DNA of 64,000 bases from Calditrichia bacterium (GCA_963796965.1 CAWCNS010000011.1:288001-352000), one strand, 5' to 3'. Shown: positions 52,411-62,778, counted from the stretch's first letter. The notes: a model not told the origin generated them from the letters alone. Numbers and translations: made by a program.

Positions 52411-53724
52411 TCAAAATTCATTAAGAATGGATGCCCTGTTGAGATTAATAATTCTTTCCTGTTCAAAAGGACAATAGTCAAAACATCGGGCACAACTGTA
52501 ACAGGTTCCTGTATTCGCTGTATATTCTTTATGTCTCCTCCGAACAGAAAGATTCACTAATTTAATAGAAAAAACAAGACCCAGAAACCCTCCTAAAAAC
52601 CAACCACCGAATTGAAATTGTTTTTGAATATCCCGTGCCTCTGCTAATAATTGGTCCATGGGTTTGCCGGAGGCACGAAAGGTACGTGTTTCTAATGTGG
52701 TTTCAGGTCTTTCACCACTATTTTCCAGAATAATCTCCTCGGCTAATGAGACGGTATTATGTTGCCGGGACAAGGGGAGATGCATTTCTGATACCACCCA
52801 TCCGCTGCCAATCACTATCACTGGAAGCAATGCGAACAGCACCACCAGGCGACGGATGCTTAATTTTTTACTCTCCGTTATTTCACCCGGATCCGGTTTA
52901 TCGATGGCACCAAAGGGACAGGATTCTTCGCATAACCGACAGTTGGTGCATTCTGTTGGTGTTATCGTCACATGTTTTCTCGAAAGGCGGGACATCCAGT
53001 TGAGTAGAACGCCATAGGGGCATATAAACCGGCAATAAGGACGGGCCACCACGGTCCCCAATAATAGTAGCGAAACACCAAGCACAATCATATTGAATGT
53101 AGCCCCAAATCGAAAGAATCCCACAAAAGGATCATATTGACAAATAATAAATCCGGCACCCGTTGAGGCAAATAACACCGCTAATCCCAAATACATATAA
53201 GGAAAAAGTCCCAGAACCTCAGACAACCAGCGTGGTACATTGGTGTGTTTGAGTACAACAACATCCTGAATGGCACCAAGCGGACAGACGGCAGCACAAA
53301 AGGTTCTGCCAAAAAATAATGTAAAGATTAGTGGAATGACAAAAAATGCTACCACTATTAATGGAATTCCATAACTGGAATTGAATAAAGCATATACCAC
53401 ATTCTGGATTGATCCTATGGAGCATACACATCCTTCTCGAAAATATCCAAAGTAAATCAAGGAAAATACCATTAATAAAAACACATGTTTCCGGGATCGC
53501 ATTTTAAGGGCAAAATAGGAAGCGAGGGAAATTGCTGCCAATAGGATAACAACATCAAGATATTCCAGGGCCATGGATCTGGGTTGCGGTGCGGTAGCTA
53601 TAGGACGGACATAGCCTGATTTAAAATCCGGTTTAGGGAATCTTTCCACCACCGAAAATGAACTGGATATCACGATCAATAAGATGAATAATGCAACTAA
53701 TTTTTTATGTAGGTTTTTATTCAT
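52411..53724 (-). CDS. Polytopic membrane 4Fe-4S protein (NapH/RdxA/NosR C-terminal-like)
   Basis: GRTFCAAVCPLGAIQD, RPYCRFICPYG, CTNCRLCEESCP, CYSCARCFDYCP. Confidence 0.88.
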   Translation of the reverse strand: MNKNLHKKLVALFILLIVISSSFSVVERFPKPDFKSGYVRPIATAPQPRSMALEYLDVVILLAAISLASYFALKMRSRKHVFLLMVFSLIYFGYFREGCVCSIGSIQNVVYALFNSSYGIPLIVVAFFVIPLIFTLFFGRTFCAAVCPLGAIQDVVVLKHTNVPRWLSEVLGLFPYMYLGLAVLFASTGAGFIICQYDPFVGFFRFGATFNMIVLGVSLLLLGTVVARPYCRFICPYGVLLNWMSRLSRKHVTITPTECTNCRLCEESCPFGAIDKPDPGEITESKKLSIRRLVVLFALLPVIVIGSGWVVSEMHLPLSRQHNTVSLAEEIILENSGERPETTLETRTFRASGKPMDQLLAEARDIQKQFQFGGWFLGGFLGLVFSIKLVNLSVRRRHKEYTANTGTCYSCARCFDYCPFEQERIINLNRASILNEF

Positions 53725-54062
53725 TTATACCTGAATTGTCATTCCACAGGAGGACGTAAAACGTTACAATTTATTTCACGCAGCGACGCAGAGCCGCAGC
53801 GAAAACTTCCACGAATTACACGAATTTTGACTAATTTCACGAATATTATTTTTGAAATATCCAATTGGTCATCCTGAACTTGATTCAGGATCTCAAATTA
53901 TTCTGATAATACAGATGCCTAAATGAATTCGGCATGACAGATTTCCTGACTCTGATTTAAATTGATTTTGTAAAACAAATTGGACATTGAATGTTCCGTG
54001 ATGAATATTGAATGTTATTTTTTTTTTCCTTTTGCCTTCTAACTTTTTGTATCTTGTATTTT

Positions 54063-54650
54063 TTATTTTGTATTAAGTTCCTGACCTTCTTCACCCCGCA
54101 TGAGATAGGCCGAGGAAGCCGGTACCTGGCGGATGGCCCCTGAGGGGCAGGATCGACCGATAGAGCATTCATTACAATTCTTACAGCGATCATGGCGAAT
54201 CTGCAGATGAAGTGAACCGTTTCCAAATGCCCCACATCCCTTCACACATTTTCCACAACCGATACATAATTCTTCATCAATGGTATATTCAAAATAGGGA
54301 TCCTCAATATAGGTCCGTTTGATTGCCCCTGTTGGACAAAGCTGGCTTTCTGCCCCTGTATCTCTCGATTTTGCACCGGGTTCCAGATATCCACTACATA
54401 AATCACAATATCCACACATGGAATAGGCATGAACACATTTTACTGCCGAATGGGCAAGCACACAGTTTATGGCACATCTTTCACATTGGACACATACGTC
54501 GGGATCGATCTGCCAGACAGTATCCCCGGTGGATGATCGGATCAGAACCAAACCGCCTATCCCACCCAAACCAACTGTAGCAAGGGTATTTAATCCTGAC
54601 TTTAAAAAATCACGTCTTTTTATTTTATTTTCAGAAGCATTTTCTGCCAT
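54063..54650 (-). CDS. Tat-like signal multi-4Fe-4S ferredoxin
   Basis: KRRDFLK plus hydrophobic stretch; CVQCERC, CGYCDLC, CIGCGKC, CKNCNEC. Confidence 0.85.
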   Translation of the reverse strand: MAENASENKIKRRDFLKSGLNTLATVGLGGIGGLVLIRSSTGDTVWQIDPDVCVQCERCAINCVLAHSAVKCVHAYSMCGYCDLCSGYLEPGAKSRDTGAESQLCPTGAIKRTYIEDPYFEYTIDEELCIGCGKCVKGCGAFGNGSLHLQIRHDRCKNCNECSIGRSCPSGAIRQVPASSAYLMRGEEGQELNTK

Positions 54651-54674
54651 GATTGTGCCTCGTGACGATTATTT

Positions 54675-54856
54675 TGGACAGGATTACCCCAAAGGGGCAG
54701 GCAGGATTAACAGGATATTTTTATTAATAATGAGATCCTGAAATAAATTCAGGATGACCAAAGCGTCATTCCGAACTTGTTTCGGAATCTAAAAAGAATA
54801 AAAGGATCTTTTATATCCTGTAAATCCTGCCTGCCCCTTTGGGGTTATCCAGTCTA
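54675..54856. repeat. ACAGGAT 9-mer inverted-repeat element with a nested REP-like pair (54733-54790)
   Basis: GACAGGATTA[CCCCAAAGGGGCAGGC]AGGATTAACAGGAT ... ATCCTGTAAATCCT[GCCTGCCCCTTTGGGG]TTATCCAGTC. Confidence 0.8.
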
Positions 54857-54874
54857 TTTTTTTCGCATCCAAAT

Positions 54875-55129
54875 TTAAATTGTGGTCTTGGTTTCAGTTG
54901 TTTTCGCATTCTGTGCTTTGGGCAAACTGCAGCCCGTGTATTTGCTGCATCCCTGGCAGGGATTTTTTAGTGAGCAATCACTTGTACCCTCTTCCGGATT
55001 TTTTTCTCTAAAACCGAGGATAGCGCCGGTTATCACCAATCCGCCGCCGAGGCCATACCTCAAACAAGTCTTCACAAATTCACGCCGGTCTTTTTTGAAA
55101 TTCCTATTATTTTTCATGAGTTGCCCCAT
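54875..55129 (-). CDS. Small Tat-like Cys-rich protein
   Basis: DRREFVK, hydrophobic segment, CSLKNPCQGCSKYTGCSLP. Confidence 0.7.
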   Translation of the reverse strand: MGQLMKNNRNFKKDRREFVKTCLRYGLGGGLVITGAILGFREKNPEEGTSDCSLKNPCQGCSKYTGCSLPKAQNAKTTETKTTI

Positions 55130-55331
55130 ATAATTCTAAATTGTTAATCTGATTTATCACCACGAAGTAGGTAGCCTAGCGCAAAGGGCAAAGCGCATGG
55201 CAAATTTCACAACGCCTCTTGCTATGCTCTATGCGCCTTGCTCTATGCAGAAAGATTCATCGCGCTCTTCCTCCAAAGGAGTCTCTTTAGGAGTGAACTT
55301 CGTGGTAAAAATACTTTTGTCCCTTAAATAT

Positions 55332-56324
55332 TTAAATTTTTGTCTTTTCAAAAATGCGAACCTGGCCACGCTTGGGATCGAGGACATAAATACGGTTTTT
55401 TGAATCAACTGCCACATCTAATCCAACTGTACCCACGGTGAATTGATCAGGACCGGCCACAACTGAAGCCAGTTGTCCGAGGCGGTTATAGACCTTTACC
55501 CGGGCAATGCCCTTCTCAGCCGTAACAAAAGAGCCATCATCCATAATTGTAAAATGGCTGGGGTTACAACAACCACAGAATCTTTCTACGTCCATCCCCG
55601 GCTCGCCCCATGTAGTGCGCAAACTTCCCTCTTTGGTATAATTCTCGAGAGATAACCGACCCGTATTGGCAACCCATAAAAATCCATCCGGATCGATAGC
55701 CACATCAAAATAGGGGCTGGGAATGATGAATCCGGGAATCCCCTTCTGTTTATCCTTTTTCCCTATTTGCCTTTGCAACTGCCCGTTTTTGTCGTATTGC
55801 AGAACTACTAAATTCCCGGCATCGGCAAGAAAGACATTATCAGCGGTAACATCGATGGAAGTTATAATTGATTTCTCATTTATCAAAGACCACCTATTTT
55901 TTTGATTACCGGCTTGATTGATAATCTGTATGAACTCGGTACCGGCGCAGTAAATATCATTATTTTGATCCACAGCAAGGGCGGATACAGGGTTCTGCAG
56001 ACTAAAAGTTGAAACAGGTTTCCCGTTTTTATCAAATATTGTGCAGGCATTCTCACCAGCAAGAACGAGACGATCATCCGGACCAATGGCGATGGCAGAT
56101 AGAATTTTCAGATCCGTTATAATTGTTTTTAGTTCCGTATAATGATTGAGTGCCTCATCGCTTTTTTTAAAATGCTCTATATTATATTCGAAGGGATTTG
56201 ACTGCTCACTACCGGAATCATCAAAGAAAGCATTATATCCAAAATAGCTAATACCCAATACTGAGATTATAATGATACCAGCCGTAACCAGCCGGTCTTT
56301 ATTTTCTTTAAAAGATCTCATCAT
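55332..56324 (-). CDS. Membrane-anchored NHL-repeat beta-propeller with FCGCCNP motif
   Basis: N-terminal TM; NHL-like repeats (LADAGN, VANTG, DVAVDSKNRIYVLD). Confidence 0.8.
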   Translation of the reverse strand: MMRSFKENKDRLVTAGIIIISVLGISYFGYNAFFDDSGSEQSNPFEYNIEHFKKSDEALNHYTELKTIITDLKILSAIAIGPDDRLVLAGENACTIFDKNGKPVSTFSLQNPVSALAVDQNNDIYCAGTEFIQIINQAGNQKNRWSLINEKSIITSIDVTADNVFLADAGNLVVLQYDKNGQLQRQIGKKDKQKGIPGFIIPSPYFDVAIDPDGFLWVANTGRLSLENYTKEGSLRTTWGEPGMDVERFCGCCNPSHFTIMDDGSFVTAEKGIARVKVYNRLGQLASVVAGPDQFTVGTVGLDVAVDSKNRIYVLDPKRGQVRIFEKTKI

Positions 56325-56392
56325 CCCTCATTTATATGCAATTGGGATATTTATATGTCCACAATTGCCCTAAATTTCCAACGTATGTTTTC

Positions 56393-56421
56393 GTAGAGAC
56401 GTCCCGGCGGGACGTCTCTAC
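56393..56421. repeat. GTAG-type REP palindrome
   Basis: GTAGAGACGTCCC-GGC-GGGACGTCTCTAC perfect 13-bp stem; relatives at about 5710-5736, 27617-27643, 29601-29628, 35062-35110 and 47931-48003. Confidence 0.8.
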
Positions 56422-56449
56422 ATTTTGTTGGGTTAGAATGTTACATCCA

Positions 56450-57880
56450 TTAATTACCCCGCAGATCAATACAAACCATTTGCCGGGAATCCCGGGCCAG
56501 CATTTTCCCATCGGCAATGGCCAATGGGCCCCAGGCATCATACCCCTGAAGAATTTTCGCCTCAGCGAGCAGGCTATACTTATTTGTGCTGGCATTTAGA
56601 ACCGTTAGCACACCATCATCACTCAAAACAAAAAACTTATCATCAGCCATCAAGAATGGCCCTAAGCCAAATCTCTTCGTTTTTCCACTGGACCAGATGA
56701 CCTTGCTGCAATCCTCAGGATTTACACAGACGAATTGGCTCCTCAAGGCACCAGCATCTTTAGGCATCACAGAATACAGGTGCCCCTTGTAATATATGGG
56801 TGTTTGTTGCTCAGCCGCCAGACCCTCGTCAGGTTTTAGTTTTTGTACAACTTCCAGACTATATTTTCCATTTGTCTTGGTAATTTTTAATAACATACTT
56901 CCTGCCCCATATCCCGCCGTGACATGAATATTACCATTTCCCAGATATACAGGTGAGGGAGCAATTACAGATTGACTCCATTCGGTACTTTTAAATAGAA
57001 TCTCGCCACAATTATTTTGTTCAGCTGAGACACCAATAATGCCATCAAGTGCACAATAGACATACATTTTCGTGCCGGCAATCGTCATTGGCATAATGGA
57101 GGAATGAGACATTTGCCAGTTCATGGAGTTAGGTGTTTCCCAAACCACCTCACCTGTTTCACACTGTACACCAATTAAAAGTGACGTACCACCAACCGCA
57201 AGGACAGCAACAGAATCATCAATCAAAGGGCATTGCCCGGTATACCAAAGTGGGACCTCAACCTGATAGGTTTTTTGCAGATCAATTCCCCATTTAAATT
57301 TACCTGAATCGGCTGTAACACACATTACCTGACATTTGGCCCCCATGGAAACCACATGGTTTCCGGATACCGCCGGCACCGTTCGGGACATGCCATGATT
57401 ACGTTTTATTTCCAGATCGTATCCGCGGCGCCAGATCTCCTTGCCATCTTGAAAAGAAAAGGAGCGCAGGATTTCCTGCTTCTTAACCTCATCATAATCA
57501 AGTAGGTAGACCCGTCCCTTATAAATAACCGGACCCGCATGACCTTCTCCTAAATCAACCGTCCATAAGACTTTCGGCCCCGTATTCTCCCAATCGGTTG
57601 ATAATTTTATATTGGCCCGGCTGATGTTATCGAAATCTCTTCCCCGGAATCGTGGCCAACTCCCGGAAACCGGAGACGGTTGTCCATCATACGCTTCAAA
57701 AATTTGTCCGATATTAATAGTGGCCAAATCGGTCAACATCAATTCTGGTCGATTATCGGCGCCGGGGAGATGAAGTTGAAAATCCTTAACCGGATCATGT
57801 ATCATCCACCAGAACAAGGAGATAAACCCAAGCAGGGAGGTGGTGATAAGGGTTGAATTTTGAATGAACTTTTCGTTCAT
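56450..57880 (-). CDS. PQQ-like beta-propeller protein
   Basis: SWPRFRG, GEGHAGP, SRTVPAV, AWGPLAIADG. Confidence 0.87.
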   Translation of the reverse strand: MNEKFIQNSTLITTSLLGFISLFWWMIHDPVKDFQLHLPGADNRPELMLTDLATINIGQIFEAYDGQPSPVSGSWPRFRGRDFDNISRANIKLSTDWENTGPKVLWTVDLGEGHAGPVIYKGRVYLLDYDEVKKQEILRSFSFQDGKEIWRRGYDLEIKRNHGMSRTVPAVSGNHVVSMGAKCQVMCVTADSGKFKWGIDLQKTYQVEVPLWYTGQCPLIDDSVAVLAVGGTSLLIGVQCETGEVVWETPNSMNWQMSHSSIMPMTIAGTKMYVYCALDGIIGVSAEQNNCGEILFKSTEWSQSVIAPSPVYLGNGNIHVTAGYGAGSMLLKITKTNGKYSLEVVQKLKPDEGLAAEQQTPIYYKGHLYSVMPKDAGALRSQFVCVNPEDCSKVIWSSGKTKRFGLGPFLMADDKFFVLSDDGVLTVLNASTNKYSLLAEAKILQGYDAWGPLAIADGKMLARDSRQMVCIDLRGN

Positions 57881-57905
57881 GATATATTGCTCAAATGATT
57901 TTTTT

Positions 57906-58149
57906 GTCCACGAATTACGCTCGTAGAACGCGTCCTGAGACCTCGTTATACGGGGCCTGGCCGAATTTACACGAATTTACACAAATTAAATAATGTATTC
58001 GAAATCAAAATTATTTATACACATGTCATGCCGAATCCTGACCTATCGTCAGGGCAGGTTAATTTCGGCATTTATATTAGAAGATCCTGAAATAAATTCA
58101 GGATGACTTTCGTGGTCTAATCTATAAAATATTCGTGATAATTCGTGAA
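57906..58149. mobile_element. Composite nested element (family B arms + 43-bp insert + REP-like pair)
   Basis: Insert 57919-57961; REP-like pair 58025-58107 with an extra hairpin in one loop. Confidence 0.85.
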
Positions 58150-59376
58150 TTATTTTTTCTTTGAAATATTATACACTCGTAACACTTCCCCGTGACGCAA
58201 ATAGAGCCGGCCGTTTGCAATGACCGGGTGTGACCAATGGGGCCCCTTTCCAAATTTTATTTTAAACGTGCTGATTATCTCAAAATTCTTTGAATCGGCT
58301 TTTACGAGACTTAAATAGCCATTTTCACTGTAACAATAGAATAGTCCATCAGCAGAGATGATCGGACCGCCATCGATTTCTCTTGAAATATACTCAACTT
58401 TTCCCGTTTCCCAATTTAAGCAAAACCACTCGCCACGCTTATAGCGTGAGCTATATAGATAACCATCAAATAATATCACACCACCTATCAGGTTATCTGC
58501 TTCTTGAGTTTGCCAGACCTGCTCCACTTTTTTTCCATCCATTGATAATTTAAGAAGTACAGCTGCAGAACTCTCAGGGGAACCGGACAAACAAAATACC
58601 TTTCCTTCATGATAGATTGGGGTATTTGCATGAATTTCATATTCCTGATGATGTGGTACCCGCCAGTATACAGTTCCGTCCTTTGCATCGATAGCAAGGA
58701 TTGAATGGGTGGTCATGGTTACGATCAGCTGTTTGCCATTATGGTTTGCCAGTTGAGGAGAACAATAAGCCGATGGTTCACCATTGCCTTCGCTGATCCA
58801 GACAGTCTGACCATTGAATCTATTCAGGGCGACAATATTATCTTTTCGCCCTCCCGGTGTGCATATGAGCAAATCACCAATTATAAGGGGAGATTCGTTC
58901 ATTCCCCAAACGATATTTTCACTATCAAACTCTTTGAGAATATTTACAGACCAACGTTTTAAACCCGTAACTGCATTAAAACACACGACCAAGCCTTGTC
59001 CGCTAATGAGATAAAGATCATTATCGACCACTGTCGGGGTAGATCTGGTGCCGGGATAATTTTTATGCCAGACCGGGCCAAAGGATTTCTCCCACAAGAG
59101 AGCCCCTGCATGATCAAAACAGAAAAGAATTCCTTCTTTGTCACGCATACCGGTAATGTACACGCGATCATTTGTTACTGCCGCTGAACTGTGACCAATT
59201 CCGATATTGTCATTTTGCCAGACGAGTGCCGGACCATTTTCCGGCCATTTTTTCAGTAGATCTTTGTCCGGATACTTACCATCACGGTTAGGCCCACGCC
59301 ATTGGGAGAAGTCGTCTCCAGCCTTCGCAAATAGAAACAATCCAAAGATTAATCCAATATTCAGCAATATTCTCAT
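58150..59376 (-). CDS. PQQ-like beta-propeller protein
   Basis: Signal peptide, QWRGPNRDG, RSTPTV, YCSP, WSHPVIANGRLYLR. Confidence 0.9.
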   Translation of the reverse strand: MRILLNIGLIFGLFLFAKAGDDFSQWRGPNRDGKYPDKDLLKKWPENGPALVWQNDNIGIGHSSAAVTNDRVYITGMRDKEGILFCFDHAGALLWEKSFGPVWHKNYPGTRSTPTVVDNDLYLISGQGLVVCFNAVTGLKRWSVNILKEFDSENIVWGMNESPLIIGDLLICTPGGRKDNIVALNRFNGQTVWISEGNGEPSAYCSPQLANHNGKQLIVTMTTHSILAIDAKDGTVYWRVPHHQEYEIHANTPIYHEGKVFCLSGSPESSAAVLLKLSMDGKKVEQVWQTQEADNLIGGVILFDGYLYSSRYKRGEWFCLNWETGKVEYISREIDGGPIISADGLFYCYSENGYLSLVKADSKNFEIISTFKIKFGKGPHWSHPVIANGRLYLRHGEVLRVYNISKKK

Positions 59377-59431
59377 TATGAAAGATTCCTATTTCTCTCT
59401 CACAAAGACGCAAAGAAACTACCAGAATTTT

Positions 59432-59646
59432 TCCACGAATTTCACGAATTATTTAAATAAAATTTACTCGTTTAAGTCATCCTGAATTTATTTCAGGATC
59501 TTTTAATGTTCTAATATTTAGAGATGCCGAAATAAATTCGGCATGACGAATGTGCTAAATACACTTAGATTTATATACCTCTGCAAATTCGGCCCGGCCC
59601 CGTATAACGAGGTCTCAGGACGCGTTCTACGAGCGTAATTCGTGGA
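59432..59646. mobile_element. Composite nested element, inverted copy
   Basis: REP-like pair 59476-59547 and insert 59592-59634 are both reverse-complemented relative to the 57906 and 60917 copies. Confidence 0.85.
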
Positions 59647-59651
59647 GAAAA

Positions 59652-60872
59652 TCATTTTTTCGAGATATCATAAACCTGCATGACTTCCCCATGTCGAACA
59701 TATAACCGTCCGTCTGCGATAACCGGATGCGCCCAATGGGGTCCGGATCCTTCTTCAATTTCAAAGCTACTGATCACATCAAATTTTTCCGGTGTCGGTC
59801 TCACGAGCCCCACATCACCCTTTTCACCATAACAATAGAGCAAGCCATCGGCGAAAATAATATTTCCCTTGTTGCCTAAAACTCTTTCCGAATATTTAAC
59901 CTCGCCTGTTTTCCAATCAAGACAATGCCAGCCTTTGTTTTTGTGACCGGACCCATAGATATATCCATCAACGATGGCGGCAGCGCCCATTTGGCTATCC
60001 ATCGTTTTATCCACCCAGACCTGTTCAACACTCTTTCCATCCACTGATAGTTTAAGCAATTGTCCACCAGTTCCATATCCACTGACAATATAGATAAAAC
60101 CATCCTGATAATAAGGTGTATTGGGATTAATGTCATATTGGGTTATATGTTCATGCCGCCATAAATATTCTCCGCTTTCGGCATCCAACCCTACCACTGA
60201 TCTTCCGGTCATCGTCAGGATATAACGTTTATTGTTATGCTTAATCAAGACAGGTGAACAATAGGATGATTCTTCGCCATTACCTTTTATTTTCTTGATC
60301 GTTTTGCCCGTATGACGATCCAGAATAGCTATCATCACATCGCTACCACCCGGTGTGCAAAAAACACGATCGCCATCCACAAGCAGGGATTCCGTCATAC
60401 CCCAACGTAAATTTCTTGCACCAAATGATTTAATCATATCAACTTGCCATACTATTTCTCCATCAGCGGTATTGACACAAACAACAGCTCCTTCACCGGT
60501 CATGAGGTAAATTTTATCATTTACCACCGTTGGCGTCGTCCTCGCTCCTTCATGCCCGCCATCCCATTCAGGGCCATAGGTCATGCGCCATTTTTGCTTG
60601 CCGTTCAGATCAAAAGCTACCAAATATCCAACCCCGTCGATCATGCCGGTTACATAAACGTGGGCCGAGGTAACAGCAGGTGAAGAGTAGCCTCCTCCAA
60701 GAATATCCGTGGACCACATCATTTTTGGACCGTTCGTGGGCCAGGTTTTCATTAGATTATTGTCGGGATATACACCATCCCTATTCAATCCACGCCACTG
60801 GGAGGAATTCTCCCCGGCATTGGCACTTACTAATAATCCTATTATTATTCCAATTCTAATAAATACTTTCAT
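59652..60872 (-). CDS. PQQ-like beta-propeller protein
   Basis: QWRGLNRDG, RTTPTV, YCSP, WAHPVIADGRLYVR; paralog of its neighbours. Confidence 0.9.
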   Translation of the reverse strand: MKVFIRIGIIIGLLVSANAGENSSQWRGLNRDGVYPDNNLMKTWPTNGPKMMWSTDILGGGYSSPAVTSAHVYVTGMIDGVGYLVAFDLNGKQKWRMTYGPEWDGGHEGARTTPTVVNDKIYLMTGEGAVVCVNTADGEIVWQVDMIKSFGARNLRWGMTESLLVDGDRVFCTPGGSDVMIAILDRHTGKTIKKIKGNGEESSYCSPVLIKHNNKRYILTMTGRSVVGLDAESGEYLWRHEHITQYDINPNTPYYQDGFIYIVSGYGTGGQLLKLSVDGKSVEQVWVDKTMDSQMGAAAIVDGYIYGSGHKNKGWHCLDWKTGEVKYSERVLGNKGNIIFADGLLYCYGEKGDVGLVRPTPEKFDVISSFEIEEGSGPHWAHPVIADGRLYVRHGEVMQVYDISKK

Positions 60873-60916
60873 TAAATCAGATTCCCTTTCTCTTGTAAAA
60901 GTTCAAAATATTTTTA

Positions 60917-61148
60917 TCCACGAATTACGCTCGTAGAACGCGTCTTGAGACCTCGTTATACGGGGCCTGGCCGAATTCACACGAATTCTTAATGAGTATT
61001 TAAATTCATATAAACTTAACATATTTGTCATGCCGAATTTATTTCGGCATCTATAATATCAATATCATAATAAGATCCTGAAATAAATTCAGGATGACTT
61101 CAGTGAATAAACCTATAATTCGTACAAATTAGCGTAATTCGTGGACTA
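60917..61148. mobile_element. Composite nested element abutting the stop codon of 61146-62414
   Basis: Insert 60929-60971, REP-like pair 61027-61098, right arm TAATTCGTGGA followed by CTA. Confidence 0.85.
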
Positions 61149-62414
61149 TTTTTTCGAAATATCATAAACCATCAACGCCCCGCCCCTGCGCACATACAAC
61201 CGTCCATTGCTGATGGCCGGATGGGCCCAGCTCCTTCCCTTTCCCAAGGGTACTTCAAATGAACTGATCTTTTCAAATTTTTTAGGTGTGGCTTTAACCA
61301 AGGCAATATTCGCTTCTTTTTCTTCATAACAGTAGAGCATCCCTTCGGCAGAAATAATTGAACCTTTGTTAATCCACTTCTCTTCCCACATCACCTCACC
61401 TGTTTTCCAGTCCAGGCAAACCCAGTTACCGCTTCGATTATTTTCCCAGTTTGATCCATAAATATAGCCATCAACAAGAACAACCCCTCCCACGTGTACA
61501 TCAAGCACCTCACTTATCCAGGTTCTTTCAATTTTTGTTCCATCTTCTGATAGTTTATACATGGCACTGGGATTATCATAGCCACTGGTGACAAATACAT
61601 TTCCATCTGAGTAAAGTGGTGAATTAATATTAATATCTTTTGGATCATCCTGGTATTCGTCATACTCGTCTGACCATAATAGATTGCCGTTTTCGGCATC
61701 AATTCCAACAAAAGAGTCAGCCAACTGCGTGGAAATAATTTTTTTACCGCCTCTTTTTATCAGGATAGGGGAGCAATAATTTGCTTCCTCGCTTAACTCC
61801 TCCGATTGCCAGATAACACTCCCGCTCATCTTATCAAGTGCAACAACCGATGCATCAGATCCACCAGGCGTACATATCAGTTTATCATCGACAATGAGAA
61901 AAGACTCTGCCATGCCCCATCGATGATATTCTCCATCAAATTTATCAATTATGTCAAGGGACCATTTTAACTCGCCGGACTTTTTTATAAAGCAACTAAC
62001 CTGACCCATACCACTCATAACATACACATAATCATTTTCAACTGTTGGCGTTGACCGTGCCTCGGGATAAGATCCTTTCCACTTTTCACCAAAGGTGGAT
62101 TGCCATATGATATTTCCTTCCAGATCAAGTGCCGTAAGTGTCTCAATTTTATCGACAACTCCGGTGATGTAAATACGATCTTCAGATATGGAAGCCGAAG
62201 AATATCCCTCACCAAGATTTTCTACAGACCAGATTAAATCCGGACCATTTGCCGGCCAATTTTTTAGCAAGTTTGTTTCCTTCGAGATTCCATTCCGATC
62301 CAATCCCCGCCAATGTGGCCAGTCATCGGCGGTAGATACCGTCGATAAAAGTGATCCAAACAGTACGGCTATTAATATATGGGTTAAGTCAAAGTTTTTT
62401 TTCATCAATCTCAT
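61146..62414 (-). CDS. PQQ-like beta-propeller protein
   Basis: DWPHWRGLDRNG, RSTPTV, YCSP, WAHPAISNGRLYVR. Confidence 0.9.
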   Translation of the reverse strand: MRLMKKNFDLTHILIAVLFGSLLSTVSTADDWPHWRGLDRNGISKETNLLKNWPANGPDLIWSVENLGEGYSSASISEDRIYITGVVDKIETLTALDLEGNIIWQSTFGEKWKGSYPEARSTPTVENDYVYVMSGMGQVSCFIKKSGELKWSLDIIDKFDGEYHRWGMAESFLIVDDKLICTPGGSDASVVALDKMSGSVIWQSEELSEEANYCSPILIKRGGKKIISTQLADSFVGIDAENGNLLWSDEYDEYQDDPKDININSPLYSDGNVFVTSGYDNPSAMYKLSEDGTKIERTWISEVLDVHVGGVVLVDGYIYGSNWENNRSGNWVCLDWKTGEVMWEEKWINKGSIISAEGMLYCYEEKEANIALVKATPKKFEKISSFEVPLGKGRSWAHPAISNGRLYVRRGGALMVYDISKK

Positions 62415-62518
62415 TTTGTATCCCTTTTATTAAATAGTAATATTGAACAATATTTATAATATTAATATAATCAATCATGTCCTTATGCATTTTTAACGAC
62501 TAAAATGATCTTAATCAG

Positions 62519-62664
62519 TGCAAACCCACGAAGTCTGTGAGATCCGCTCATCTGAAAAAGCGAGTCCGGGGCCCTTGTGGTTAGTAAAGCACAATGAGGT
62601 CGCACAGAACGCTTAAGATGTCCAAAAGTCATATCACAGGGTTAAACAACTCAGGTGGGTTGCA
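62519..62664. ncRNA. Candidate structured RNA, family unrecognised
   Basis: GC-richer island; closing stem TGCAAACCCAC/GTGGGTTGCA, inner stem TCTGTG/CACAGA and several hairpins. Confidence 0.4.
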
Positions 62665-62778
62665 GGTGTCATCCTTCCCCAACATTTTAATCTACTCCCC
62701 CGGCTTACTTCGCTACTCTATAATTTTAAAACTATAATGAACATTATACAAGTCTAAATGGAATTTTTGATTTAAAAT

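Noticed and set aside
56450..62414. True PQQ alcohol/glucose dehydrogenases or bamB
   Set aside because: At about 400-480 aa they are shorter than typical quinoprotein dehydrogenases and lack the vicinal CC motif; context is not bam; only the fold is supported.
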